Positions 27,954 to 37,739 of a stretch of DNA of 64,000 nt are shown piece by piece. Each line of letters begins with the position of its first letter. The first letter of the stretch is position 1. The stretch is from the NCBI GenBank assembly GCA_943787795.1, contig CALSNU010000006.1, positions 288,001 through 352,000 on the forward strand. The letters run 5' to 3'. Source of the DNA: an uncultured bacterium (GTDB lineage: Bacteria > Planctomycetota > UBA1135 > GCA-002686595). The position numbers were made by a program, and so were the translations under genes. Below the pieces are notes generated by a model that worked only from the letters and a program-made list of their open reading frames with translations, was not told the DNA's origin and made no database searches.

Positions 27954-28712
27954 TTGCACGACCTCACCACAGGATTCATCGGCCGACTTCGGTCACGGGA
28001 CGGAGACGCCTGGTTCGAGCTATGGGAGATCTTCGGTCCGGTCCTGCGCGCCCAGCTCGCCAGGTGGGGCCGCGGCCGCATCGGGTTCGAGACGGTGCAG
28101 GACCTCTCCCAGGACACGATGGTCGCCCTCTCCCGGGCCATTGACCAGCACGACCCCACGCGCGGCGCCCGATTCTCCACCTGGCTGCTGGCGATTGCCA
28201 AGTACACCCTGAGCGACGAGATGGACCGCCGCGGAGCCCTGAAGCGTGGGTCTGGGATCCGCCCCCTCGCCCTCGATGCCGAGGGGATGCGCGAGCCGGA
28301 CTCCGGGGACCTCCAGCCCGACGCCGCCTACGAGCTTGAGGTCTTCGATGCCAAGGTCGAGGCCGCGCTTCGTCGCCTCGAACGGGACTGCGACCTGATG
28401 GACTTCGAGACCTTCAGGATGCGGACCCTCGAGGGCCGCAGCGGGAAGGACGTGGCCGTGGCCCTGGGCACCAGCGAGCCCACCGTCAGCCGCCGGCTAG
28501 CCCGATCAAGAACTCGACTCCAGGACCTGCTGGCCGAGGTCTTTGCCACCTTCTCGTTCACCGAGGAGGAGATCGCAGAGCTAGAGCGAAACGGGATCGA
28601 GCGCTCTCCCAACAAGACGGAGGACGCGTCCTTTGACGAGTCCATCGCCGAGATCTACGCCCGCATCATGGCCCGTCGATCGACCCATGAAGCCCGTGGG
28701 GAGGATCGCTGA
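27954..28712 (+). CDS. ECF sigma factor with C-terminal extension
   Basis: AWFEL...FGP, ETVQDLSQDT, ARFSTWLLAIA (sigma2), sigma4 HTH KDVAVALGTSEPTVSRRLAR; start TTG 27954 or ATG 27858. Confidence 0.88.
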   Translation: MHDLTTGFIGRLRSRDGDAWFELWEIFGPVLRAQLARWGRGRIGFETVQDLSQDTMVALSRAIDQHDPTRGARFSTWLLAIAKYTLSDEMDRRGALKRGSGIRPLALDAEGMREPDSGDLQPDAAYELEVFDAKVEAALRRLERDCDLMDFETFRMRTLEGRSGKDVAVALGTSEPTVSRRLARSRTRLQDLLAEVFATFSFTEEEIAELERNGIERSPNKTEDASFDESIAEIYARIMARRSTHEARGEDR

Positions 28713-28744
28713 GGCGCACCCGAGGCCCTCCGACACGCCCCAAC

Positions 28745-31026
28745 ATGTCATTCTCCGTCCTGATCCTCTTCGCCCTGGCCATTGGCGTCGCGCTGATCCT
28801 CCCCGTGGTGGGGGTCTGGCTGGCGATCCAGCTGGTGCGGGGAATGACCTGGCTCGCCAGCAGCGTCGCTCTGGCCATTGGCATGGTGTTCCGCTTTGTC
28901 GGCGCCGTCATCACGGACTCGGCCCCGAGCCGTCGGACACCTGGTGACGGGCGTCTTCACGCTGCCCCTCATGCTGGCCAACGTTGCGCTCCTTCGCTTC
29001 CGCGCCGTCGGGCACTACTTCCGCGCCCTTGAGGACGCCTTCTACGGTCTCATCATCTGCGTGTACCGCGTGGCGATCGGACACCCGCTGCGGCTCATCG
29101 GGCTCGGGGCGCTGACCGAGAGCATCGAGGTCTCGGCCCCCACGCTCTTCGCGGAGGAGCCCCGGACGGCACCCGCCGTCCCGAAGGTCCGGAGCAAGGG
29201 CGTCTCGAACGATCCCGCGCGGTTCGACGGATACAAGATCGAGGAAGAGCTCCGCGCCGGCGGCTCGGGCGCGAGGCTCTTCCTCGCTCACCCGACCCGT
29301 GCCAAGGTGAACGAGCTGGCCGCCCGCGGCGTCGAGATCCCCGGGCAGGTTGTGATCAAGGCCTTCGATCGACGCTTCGGCTCGACGGTGCCCCAGATTG
29401 TCCGTGAGAGCCGCGCCCTCGAGGCCGCCCGGGGCCTGGGCCTCGTGGTCGAGCACTTGACGACCGAGGACGCATTCCACTACGTCATGCCGTTCGTCCC
29501 CGGGCATGACCTTGACGTGGAGACCAAGCGGCTGCACGAACACTCCACGGACGAGGGGCTCGGCCGCGACGAGCTCGACCTCGTCCTCGGTTATGCCCGG
29601 GACCTCTGCCATCACCTCACGCGCTTCCACGATGGCGGCCTCTGGCACAAGGACGTGAAGCCCTCGAACCTGCTGGTGTCAGAGGGCCGACTGAGGGTCG
29701 TCGACTTCGGACTCGTGACACCACTGGAGTCCGCGCTCACCCTCACCACCCACGGGACGGAGTTCTTCCGTGACCCCGAGCTCGTCCGCCTCGCCCTTGC
29801 GGGCAAGCGCGTCCAGGACGTGGACGGCGTCAAGTTCGACCTCTACAGCGCCGGCGCGGTCCTGTACTCCATGGTGGAGAACAGCTTCCCCGCCCACGGC
29901 TCTCTCTCGTCGATCAGCAAGGCTGCCCCGGAGGGACTGCGCTGGATCGTGCGTCGCTCAATGGCTGACGTGGACAAGCGCTACGCCACCGCCCACGAGA
30001 TGCTGCTCGATGTCGAGGCGCTGCAGACATCTCAAGATCCCTACAAGATGCCCCTCGGCGCGCTCCCTTCGGTCTCCGGAGACACGCCGTCACCGGCGGC
30101 GGCGTCCGCTCCTGACCAGGGCGCTGACGCGGGCGGGCCTGCCCGCCCAGCGCGCCGCGATGGAGCCCGCCGGATCGGATGTCCGCCGCTTCAAGGCCCT
30201 TGGTTTCACGGCGGAGATCACCGGCCTCGGCGCGGCCTCACGGAAGCTCACAGGAGTGCGCGAGACGCTCGCCGAGAAGCGCGCGAGCCTCGCGTCCAAG
30301 CGCCAGTCTGCCCACGACCAACGCCGTGAGGAGGCGCAGGCCAGGGCCGAGGCACGGTCCGAAGCCCGCGACGCCAGACGTCTCCGCCGCCGCGGCGCCT
30401 TGCGCGGCTTCGCCACGATCGCCGTGATGGCCGCGATCGTCGCGGGCCTGATGACGGCGAGTGACTCGGGCCCCCGCTGGGGAGGGGTCGCCGCTGACCA
30501 TGAAGGCCTCGCGGATGCCGTCGACGCCGCCGCGAGTGACGCCGCGCAGGTGAGCGTGGGCCGCGCCGGGTCCATGATGACGCTCCCAGAAGAGCACCGG
30601 GTCACGGCCGGATCCCGCATCCTGCTCTTCACGGATCCCGACGACCTCTCGCTCACCTCCCCCGCCATGGCCTACGCGGAGTCCCTGGAGGCCGACGACA
30701 TCATCCCCCTGGGGACGAGCGTCGAGGATGCCGAGGGGATCGCGCTGCTGTCCAACGCGCGGTACACCATGGAGACTGCAGGCCCAAGCGCGCGGGTGCA
30801 GCGCAACGCCCTGCAGAACCTGATCGTGGAGACCCAAGGACTGGACGGCATCCACTGCCTCGAGCGTGATGAGCAAGGCCGGCTGACGGTCCTTCTCCTG
30901 AATGGAGACCACGCGCTGTCCGCCCTTCTGCTGCCCGATCCCCAGCCTGCGCCCGCCCCCCTCCCGGGGCCCGAGACGCCGCCGGCTCCCGTCGCAGCGA
31001 AGATTGGCGTCACGGTGCCGCGCTGA
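28745..31026 (+). CDS. Multi-TM Ser/Thr protein kinase, split by two single-base insertions (assembly error or pseudogene)
   Basis: Three consecutive frames (28745, 28878, 29770); GGSGARL, VIKAF, WHKDVKPSN, VDFG, HGTEFFRDPE; deleting one C at 28923-28926 and one near 30142-30144 restores one ORF. Confidence 0.8.
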
Positions 31027-31077
31027 TCGCGCAGCGGTGCCTGTGTCGCGAGGAGACCACCTCGCAGCCCGGCGGAG

Positions 31078-31127
31078 CTGAGGACGCGGCGGACCTGAGG
31101 ACGCGGCGGACCTGAGGACGCGGCGGA
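31078..31127. repeat. 3 x 17-bp tandem repeat (ctgaggacgcggcggac)
   Basis: Copies at 31078, 31095 and 31112, with no spacers. Confidence 0.9.
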
Positions 31128-31452
31128 GCATGGGCCCAATGAAGGGGCCCCGCGCACGTGCGCAGGGCCCACGGGCTGTCCCGCTCACCAGAGGTGAGAG
31201 CGGCCCCTGCTGAAGGCCGCGACTCCAGGACGACCAAAGGCTCTCTCCAGCCATGGTCGACGTTGTCCGAGGACAACCGTGGAGCCGCTGTCGCTACGCG
31301 AGAGGGCTCCTGGCTTCCTTCCTAAAAGGTCATCGGGGAGGTCGGCGGCCGGCTGGACCAGCCCTCCTCAAAAATCTCCGACGACCCCACGGCAGCCTCG
31401 CAAGGGGTTCCGAGGCGGCGGAACGCCAACCGGGGGACGACCGGCTCCCCGG

Positions 31453-32943
31453 TCAGCGCCCGGCGGCCCCGGCGGGCACGGCGGGCACGCGGGCAATACG
31501 CGGCGGGGCCCCGTCCTGAGGGGTCAGCAGCAGGCCAAGGAGCGCGCCGTCCGTCCTCGAGAAGACCTGACCCCCGTGCCACCCCTCGGTGACAGGGGGC
31601 CCCCCGGCGACGACCATGGCCCCTCCGGGCCCCTCGTTGATCCGCGACGCGCCAATGGCAAGCGGAGAAGACCCTGGGGCCCCGAATACCAGGAGGTCTT
31701 CCGGCCCGGTGACCTCGCGCGAGAACACCACGGCCTTGGCGGCGAGGAGGCCCCAGTTGTCGCCGAAGGCCGCGGGCGCGATGCGGCGCAGGCCAGGGCC
31801 CAGGTCCATCACCAGCCCCTGCCCCTCGAGCTCGGCGAGACCGAAGCGCTGCCCAGCCACCTCGAGAATGGCGCTCTCGGGTGTCGCCCCGTCGGGGACG
31901 GTCAGGAGATCTCGTGGTCCGATGAGCCCCGCCTGGGTCGCGCAGAACCAACCGTCGCGGGCCTCGGTGGTCCGGAGGATCCGCCCCTCCTTCCACTTCA
32001 GAAGGCCGCCATAGGACTCCCCCGCCCTGGCGCTCCCCGGCAGGAGGTCGTCGCCGATGGGCAGCGGCGTGGTCCACTCCTGCCACTCCCGCTCCGCGTC
32101 ATCGTGGAGCCTGAAGCGCGACCCTCCCGGCGCGGGCTCTCCGCCATCCGGAGGGGTGGCCACGGCGATCGCGCCGACCAGCGCAGAACGCAGCGAGTCG
32201 AGGCCGAGCTCCACGCCGCGCGTCAGGGTCAGGTCCACCTCAACGCCGCCCATCTCCCAGAACAGGCTCCGCTCGCGGATCAGCCGGGCGAACCCGCTCC
32301 TCACCGTCACGTGAATCTCCACGGCGGTGGCGTCGCTGGAAAGCTGGACGGCGGTCACCGCACCGATGGTCACCCCACGGAAGGTGAGCGCGGCCCCAGG
32401 CTGAATCCCGTTCCGCCGGGGCGACTCGAGCACGAGATCGAGCCCGGGCAGCCCGCCGCTCAGCCCATCCACCGGGGGCGCGGCGAGCGCCGTGAACCGG
32501 CCGCGCCGCTCGGCGCCCTCGGGTCCGGGGTCCAGGCTGACGTACCGCGACCCGAGGAGAGTGTCGAGCCCGGTGACGGCGTCGAGCGAGAGGAGCGGTC
32601 GGACGATCCAGAGCCGTGTGCCGGCCCGCGCCAGCCCCTGGGCCTCCGGTCGAAAGCGCAGCTCCAGCTCAACGCCGGCGCCCTCCGCGAGGCGAACATC
32701 AACGACCTCTCCCACATCCAGGCCCTGAAAGCGGATGGGGTCACCCGGTCCGATGCCGTGCCCGTGGGGCGCCATCAACGTCACCGTCGGGCCCGCCCCC
32801 TGGAGCAGCAGAAAGAGGGAGATCCCAGCCCCCACCAGCGCTCCAAGCATCCACCAGCGTCTGCCCCCCCGGGCCCCCGCAGGGTCGGAGATCACCGCAT
32901 CGGGGAGGGAGGCTTCCAGGGCGTGCTCGTCAGGGCTCATCAT
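31453..32943 (-). CDS. pqiB: PqiB/MlaD (MCE) family protein, two MCE domains plus extra C-terminal domain
   Basis: GIGPGDPIRFQGLDVGEV, TGLDTLLGSRYVSLDPG, GAALTFRGVTIGAV, FWEMGG; ATGA overlap with pqiA. Confidence 0.85.
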   Translation of the reverse strand: MMSPDEHALEASLPDAVISDPAGARGGRRWWMLGALVGAGISLFLLLQGAGPTVTLMAPHGHGIGPGDPIRFQGLDVGEVVDVRLAEGAGVELELRFRPEAQGLARAGTRLWIVRPLLSLDAVTGLDTLLGSRYVSLDPGPEGAERRGRFTALAAPPVDGLSGGLPGLDLVLESPRRNGIQPGAALTFRGVTIGAVTAVQLSSDATAVEIHVTVRSGFARLIRERSLFWEMGGVEVDLTLTRGVELGLDSLRSALVGAIAVATPPDGGEPAPGGSRFRLHDDAEREWQEWTTPLPIGDDLLPGSARAGESYGGLLKWKEGRILRTTEARDGWFCATQAGLIGPRDLLTVPDGATPESAILEVAGQRFGLAELEGQGLVMDLGPGLRRIAPAAFGDNWGLLAAKAVVFSREVTGPEDLLVFGAPGSSPLAIGASRINEGPGGAMVVAGGPPVTEGWHGGQVFSRTDGALLGLLLTPQDGAPPRIARVPAVPAGAAGR

Positions 32944-33569
32944 TCGGAATCGGGATCGTCCCACAGTGCGTGGGGGTCGTATTGAGCAGAGGCGGTCAGG
33001 CTCAGGAGGACAACCGTCGCGAACACCCAAAGGCCGGGACCCACGGTGAACTCGACCAGCTCGCCCATCTTCATCCAGGCCACCAGCACCGCGACGAGCA
33101 GCACGTCGAGCATGCCCCAGCGGCCCGTCCACTCCACCAACCGCCAGCCGAACCGGCGGTGGTGCACCGCGAGCCAATTTCGGCCGGCAGTGACAAGGAG
33201 GAGAGAGGACAGCTTCACCACCGGAAGGCAGAGCGAGCACACGAGCACGATGAGCCCAACCATGAGCTCGCCGCGCCCGATCAGGCCAAGGCTGCCCGAC
33301 CAGAGGCTCGCCTCCACCGCACGGCCGAACTGCTGGACCTCGAAGACCGGCAGCAAGACCGCCGCAGGAAAGAGGGTCAGCGCCGTGGCGCAGAGCAGAG
33401 CCACACGAGAGGAAACCGCTCGCCCACGCCGCCCCCCGCTCGCCTGCGGGAGCGGCTCACCGCATCGACCGCAGCTGAAGGTCGCCCCCTTCGCGGCCGG
33501 CGGCAGCTTCGAGACTCGCCCACAGCACGGACAGGCCGCGAGCGGCAGCGTCGAGGTCGGACTTGACAC
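32940..33569 (-). CDS. pqiA: Paraquat-inducible protein A (single PqiA repeat)
   Basis: CPCC...CGRC Zn ribbon, PVVKL, RWGMLDVLLVAVLVAWMK, FTVGPG, YDPHALWD. Confidence 0.9.
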   Translation of the reverse strand: MSSPTSTLPLAACPCCGRVSKLPPAAKGATFSCGRCGEPLPQASGGRRGRAVSSRVALLCATALTLFPAAVLLPVFEVQQFGRAVEASLWSGSLGLIGRGELMVGLIVLVCSLCLPVVKLSSLLLVTAGRNWLAVHHRRFGWRLVEWTGRWGMLDVLLVAVLVAWMKMGELVEFTVGPGLWVFATVVLLSLTASAQYDPHALWDDPDSE

Positions 33570-33606
33570 TCCACAAGTCTAGGCAAACGACAGGCTGATC
33601 GCCGCG

Positions 33607-34512
33607 TCAAGCCCTGGCGGCCCCCGCTGCCGGCCGGCGGAGCACGAGGGCGCAGCCCAGCAGAACAAAGGTGAGTCCACCGAGAGTCCAGGCCGTGACG
33701 GTCTCCTCCCCGAGGCTGGCGCCAACCACCAGCGCGATGGCCGGGGTCACGTAGGCGATCAGCGAGAGCGCCACCGTGCTCGCCTGGCGCAGGACCCAGA
33801 AGTAGAGGGTGAAGGTCAGCACGGTGCCGAAGAGCGCGAGGTACATGATCCCCAGCGCACCCTTTGCGGTGGACGGCGGAGAGATGCCTCCTTCGACGAG
33901 CAGCGCCGCCGTGAGCAGCATCAGGCTCCCCAGCAACAGCGCGGAGCGATTGAGCAGCGCGGCGCTGACGTGCGCCCCGTGCCGCTTGATGTACGCGGTG
34001 GCGAGGGCTGAGACGAGGGGACTCAAGAGGAGCACCAGGCCCCGCTCGACGGCGTCCCCGCCCACCGATCGCACGTCCGTCAGGAAGAGCAGCACAACGC
34101 CAACGAAACCAACGACCAGGCCCCACCACTGGGCGCCGTGGAGGCGCGCCTCGGTCCCCTGAAGCTGGGACACGCCCGCCGTCATCAGCGGGAACACCGC
34201 CCAGAGCACCGCCGTCAGCCCCGAGGGGAGCGTCTGCTCGGCCCAGTAGACGATGCCGTAGCTGATGGCAAAGTTGCCCGTCGCCATCACGACCACCAGC
34301 CGCCACGTGGGCCGCTCACCGCCCTCGCGCGCTGCGATCCCGGGCGCCACCGCGGACATCACCAGCCAGGCGAGGAAGAAGCGCATGCCCCCGCTCCCGA
34401 AGGGCTGCATCTCACTCAGCCCCTCGCGCACCACGAACCACGTCGAGCCCCAGACGAGGCACATGACTGTGACCGCAATCCGGACCGGCGTGACGATACT
34501 TCCCGGGTTCAT
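33607..34512 (-). CDS. EamA/DMT family transporter
   Basis: VWGSTWF, MRFFLA, YLALFGTVL, two 5-TM repeats. Confidence 0.92.
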   Translation of the reverse strand: MNPGSIVTPVRIAVTVMCLVWGSTWFVVREGLSEMQPFGSGGMRFFLAWLVMSAVAPGIAAREGGERPTWRLVVVMATGNFAISYGIVYWAEQTLPSGLTAVLWAVFPLMTAGVSQLQGTEARLHGAQWWGLVVGFVGVVLLFLTDVRSVGGDAVERGLVLLLSPLVSALATAYIKRHGAHVSAALLNRSALLLGSLMLLTAALLVEGGISPPSTAKGALGIMYLALFGTVLTFTLYFWVLRQASTVALSLIAYVTPAIALVVGASLGEETVTAWTLGGLTFVLLGCALVLRRPAAGAARA

Positions 34513-34621
34513 GGTGTGGGCGGTTCGAGCGGCGCCGCGGCCGGGATGCTGCCGAGCGGCGATGGGACTCGGGCGAGGGACGGGCCCCGCCGCTCAGCGT
34601 GACCCCGAGGCCTCGGCCTGT

Positions 34622-36094
34622 TCAATCGGAGTCCGGCGCAGCCTCACCGAGCGGGTCCCCCAGCGCTCCTCCCATGAACCCGCCCCCCAGGGCCACGTGA
34701 AGGTCCACCCGGTTCTGATAGAGCTCGCGTCTTGCCTCCAGGAAGGTGGACTCTGCCTGCAATTCCCGCCGCTGCGCCTCCAGCACGAGGTCAATGCCCA
34801 CGAGCCCCTGGTCGTATTGATCATCCGCGAGAGCGGTCGCCTCGCGAGAGCGCAGCGCCGCCTCCTCGAGGTGCCCGAGACGCTCCAGCAGGAGGTTCTC
34901 CGCCGCGAGAGCGTTCTCCACCTCGAAGAAAGCCCGCAGGGCCGCCGAGGCGAACAGCGCGCGCACCTCCAGCAGCGCCGCCAGCGACTCGTCGATACGG
35001 GCCTCGCGCCGCCCACCGTCAAGGATCGGCGCCGTCACTCGACCCGCCAGGGACCACACCCCGAAGTCTCCGTCCAGGAGGCTCTCGAGATCGTTGCTCG
35101 TGAGGCCCCCGCTCGAGGTCAGGGCGATGGAGGGCCACCGATCCAGCCGCGCCTGCCGCGCGGTGGCCTCGGCGGCGGTCATGCGCCGCTCGATGGCGAC
35201 GATGTCGGGCCGGCGCGACAGCACCTCCGCCGGCACCCCGGCGGGCACGGCAGGGGGCAGGCCAGAGAAGCCGCCCTCCGTCCGGAGCTCGGCATCAGGG
35301 AAGCGGCCGAGGAGGACCTCGATCTGCCTCGACACCACCTCCCGCGTTCGCTCCGCCGCCGTCAGTTGCGCTCGGCTTCCAGCGACGTTGGCCTGGGAGA
35401 GTCGCAGGTCAAGCGTGCCGGTGAGCCCCGCCTCATGCCGATCCTCGATGGCCTCGAGGCTTCGTTCGTACGAGGCGACCGTGGCCTCGCTCAGCGCCAC
35501 CTGCTGCGCCGCCGCGCGCAGTCCGAACCACGCGATGGTCACCTGAGCCGCCACGCTGAGCCGAGCCGCGGCGAGGTCCGCCATGACGGCCTGGACCTCC
35601 GCCTCGGCGGCGTCCACGCCGGCCGCGAGCTTGCCCCACAGGTCGAGCTCCCAGGACAGGTCGATGGCCGCCGACCACTGGCTGTACTCCGACTGGAGGG
35701 GGCCGCCCGGGAAGGGGAATCCCACGAAGGCCTGGTCCTGCCTCGACCCGTCCACCCGCCCCTGCACCTGGGGCCGACGGGCCGAGCGCGCCACCATCGA
35801 ACGGGCTGCCGCACCCCTCAATCGCTCGGCGCTGGCGAGCAGGTCCCGGTTGTACGTCAGGGCTTCTTCCACGAGCCCGTTCAGGAGGGGGTCGTCAAAG
35901 GTCTCCCAAAACGGTCGGGGGTCGTCCTCGCGGGCTGCCAGGCCATCCCCACCCACCCCCGTCGGGGTCCAGGCCTCAGGGAGGTCGCCCCGCAGGAGGG
36001 AGGAGAGGTCAGGACGCTCCTCCGCAGCGTCCGGCCCGGCGCAGCCAGCGGAGAGGAGGAGTGCGGCGATGAGGGGCCCGAGGCGTGTACGCAT
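34622..36094 (-). CDS. RND efflux outer-membrane lipoprotein (NodT/OprM family)
   Basis: Lipobox LSAGC; FWETFDDPLLNGLVEEAL, SWELDLWG, LSRRPDI, AFFEVENAL, ALGGG. Confidence 0.93.
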   Translation of the reverse strand: MRTRLGPLIAALLLSAGCAGPDAAEERPDLSSLLRGDLPEAWTPTGVGGDGLAAREDDPRPFWETFDDPLLNGLVEEALTYNRDLLASAERLRGAAARSMVARSARRPQVQGRVDGSRQDQAFVGFPFPGGPLQSEYSQWSAAIDLSWELDLWGKLAAGVDAAEAEVQAVMADLAAARLSVAAQVTIAWFGLRAAAQQVALSEATVASYERSLEAIEDRHEAGLTGTLDLRLSQANVAGSRAQLTAAERTREVVSRQIEVLLGRFPDAELRTEGGFSGLPPAVPAGVPAEVLSRRPDIVAIERRMTAAEATARQARLDRWPSIALTSSGGLTSNDLESLLDGDFGVWSLAGRVTAPILDGGRREARIDESLAALLEVRALFASAALRAFFEVENALAAENLLLERLGHLEEAALRSREATALADDQYDQGLVGIDLVLEAQRRELQAESTFLEARRELYQNRVDLHVALGGGFMGGALGDPLGEAAPDSD

Positions 36095-36203
36095 GATCGT
36101 TGGGGTACGCGAGGCCGCCCATCCAAGGACTCCCTCGCCCAAGGAGTTTAGGATCGAGCCCCCGCTCCCTCCCGGCCTCGCCAACCGATTATTCGGACGC
36201 CCC

Positions 36204-37739
36204 ATGCCCCACGCCGCCCCCCTCCTCCTCGCCCTGCTGGCGCTCCCCTCCCCTGGCCCCCGCGTCACGGCCCGCGCCCAGGAGCCCGCGGCCCCTGCTG
36301 TCCAGGCGCCCGCTCAGCCAGCCGCACAGCCGGCCCACCCGCTGGTGGCAGGTGTCTCCAACCAGCGTGCCGCCGCCACCGTCCGTGACCTCGTGGCCCT
36401 TGGCGCACGAATGGGCGGCACGAGCTCCGGCGAGCGAGCTGCGAAGCTCCTCGAGAAGCGCTTCGAGGCCATGGGCCTTGAGAGCGTCCGCCAGCTGGGG
36501 CGCGAGCAATGGTGCCATGAGGAGCTGTCGTGGAGCCTGATCGCCAGGATCGACGGGGAGGACCCCGTTCCCCTGGAGCGGATCTGGCCCTGGGGCTTCT
36601 CGCCGGCAGGCGCAGGGAAGCGCATCCCCCTGGAGGTCGGCGATGCCCGGAGCGAGCCCGGTCCGGGGGTGGCGCTGCTCACAGGCTCCTATATGGGCGT
36701 CCGGCGCAAGGGAACCCCCTCCAACGTGGTGCTCGTCGACGACGCGAACACCATCGACGGCGCCTGGCCCGTCTGCCGCTCCCTGCGACGCCGCGGGGAG
36801 CAGGCGACGACCTTTGGAATCTCCGCGCCCGAGGGCGCCAGGCTGCGCGTGGCGATCGAGGCCGGCAAGGCCGTCGAGCTGGACTGGAGCCTCGAGACGG
36901 TCATCAAGCAGGCCGCGCCTGTAACCGTCGTCGCGACGCTACCCGCCGCCAAGGGCGCGCCCGCGGGGCACTTCCTCGTCTGCGCACACGGGGACTCGGA
37001 CAGCGGAGGCCCAGGGGCCAACGACAACGCCAGCGGCGTGGCCATCGTCCTCGAGATCGCAGAGGCTTGGAGCGCTGCGGTGGCCGCCGGCGCCATCGAG
37101 CCGCCGTGCCGCGAGATTCGCTTTGCCATCTGGGGTACCGAGATCGCGTCCACTCGCGCCTACCTGGAGTCCGAGCTGGGCGCCGGTGTCCTCGGCGTCA
37201 TGAACTTCGACCAGGCTGGTTACGGGGCGACGGGGCAGCGACTTCACGTCGAACCGGACGACCTGCAAGCCAACGCGGGCTTCATCGCTGCGGCGGGGCG
37301 TGTACTCACGGACCGCGCTGGAACGCCGGGCTTCCCCGAGCGCTGGGCCACCAACAAGAGCCTTGGCGGAACCGACAGCTACGTGTTCAGCGGCTCCCGG
37401 CGCTTCCGAGACGGGGGGCTCCCGGCGGTCACGCTGTACACCAGCGCCTGGGGGAAGCCAGACGAGCAGCCGCGGACCGCTGGGATGCCTGGCGAGTCCT
37501 GGAGTGACCGTGACCGGGTCGCCATCGACTTCGATGAGCACTACCACTCCGCCGGCGATACCCCGGAGAACACCACGGACAAGGAGCCGGAGAACATGGG
37601 CTGGTGCGCCCGCGTGGGGCTCCTCGCGGTCACCGGTTATCTGGAGGGCCTTGATGGCGAGGTCCCTACCGGCGAGGTCCCCGGCGGAGAGGGCCCCGGC
37701 GGAGAGGGCCCCCGCGATGAGGGTCGATCCAGCAAGTAG
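36204..37739 (+). CDS. M28 family peptidase with PA-like insert
   Basis: Signal peptide; AHGDS, GANDNASG, WGTE, GTDS, HYHSAGDT. Confidence 0.85.
   Translation: MPHAAPLLLALLALPSPGPRVTARAQEPAAPAVQAPAQPAAQPAHPLVAGVSNQRAAATVRDLVALGARMGGTSSGERAAKLLEKRFEAMGLESVRQLGREQWCHEELSWSLIARIDGEDPVPLERIWPWGFSPAGAGKRIPLEVGDARSEPGPGVALLTGSYMGVRRKGTPSNVVLVDDANTIDGAWPVCRSLRRRGEQATTFGISAPEGARLRVAIEAGKAVELDWSLETVIKQAAPVTVVATLPAAKGAPAGHFLVCAHGDSDSGGPGANDNASGVAIVLEIAEAWSAAVAAGAIEPPCREIRFAIWGTEIASTRAYLESELGAGVLGVMNFDQAGYGATGQRLHVEPDDLQANAGFIAAAGRVLTDRAGTPGFPERWATNKSLGGTDSYVFSGSRRFRDGGLPAVTLYTSAWGKPDEQPRTAGMPGESWSDRDRVAIDFDEHYHSAGDTPENTTDKEPENMGWCARVGLLAVTGYLEGLDGEVPTGEVPGGEGPGGEGPRDEGRSSK

Noticed and set aside
31078..31127. 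Possible CRISPR array
   Set aside because: The 17-bp units are directly adjacent with no spacers, and there are no cas genes in the window
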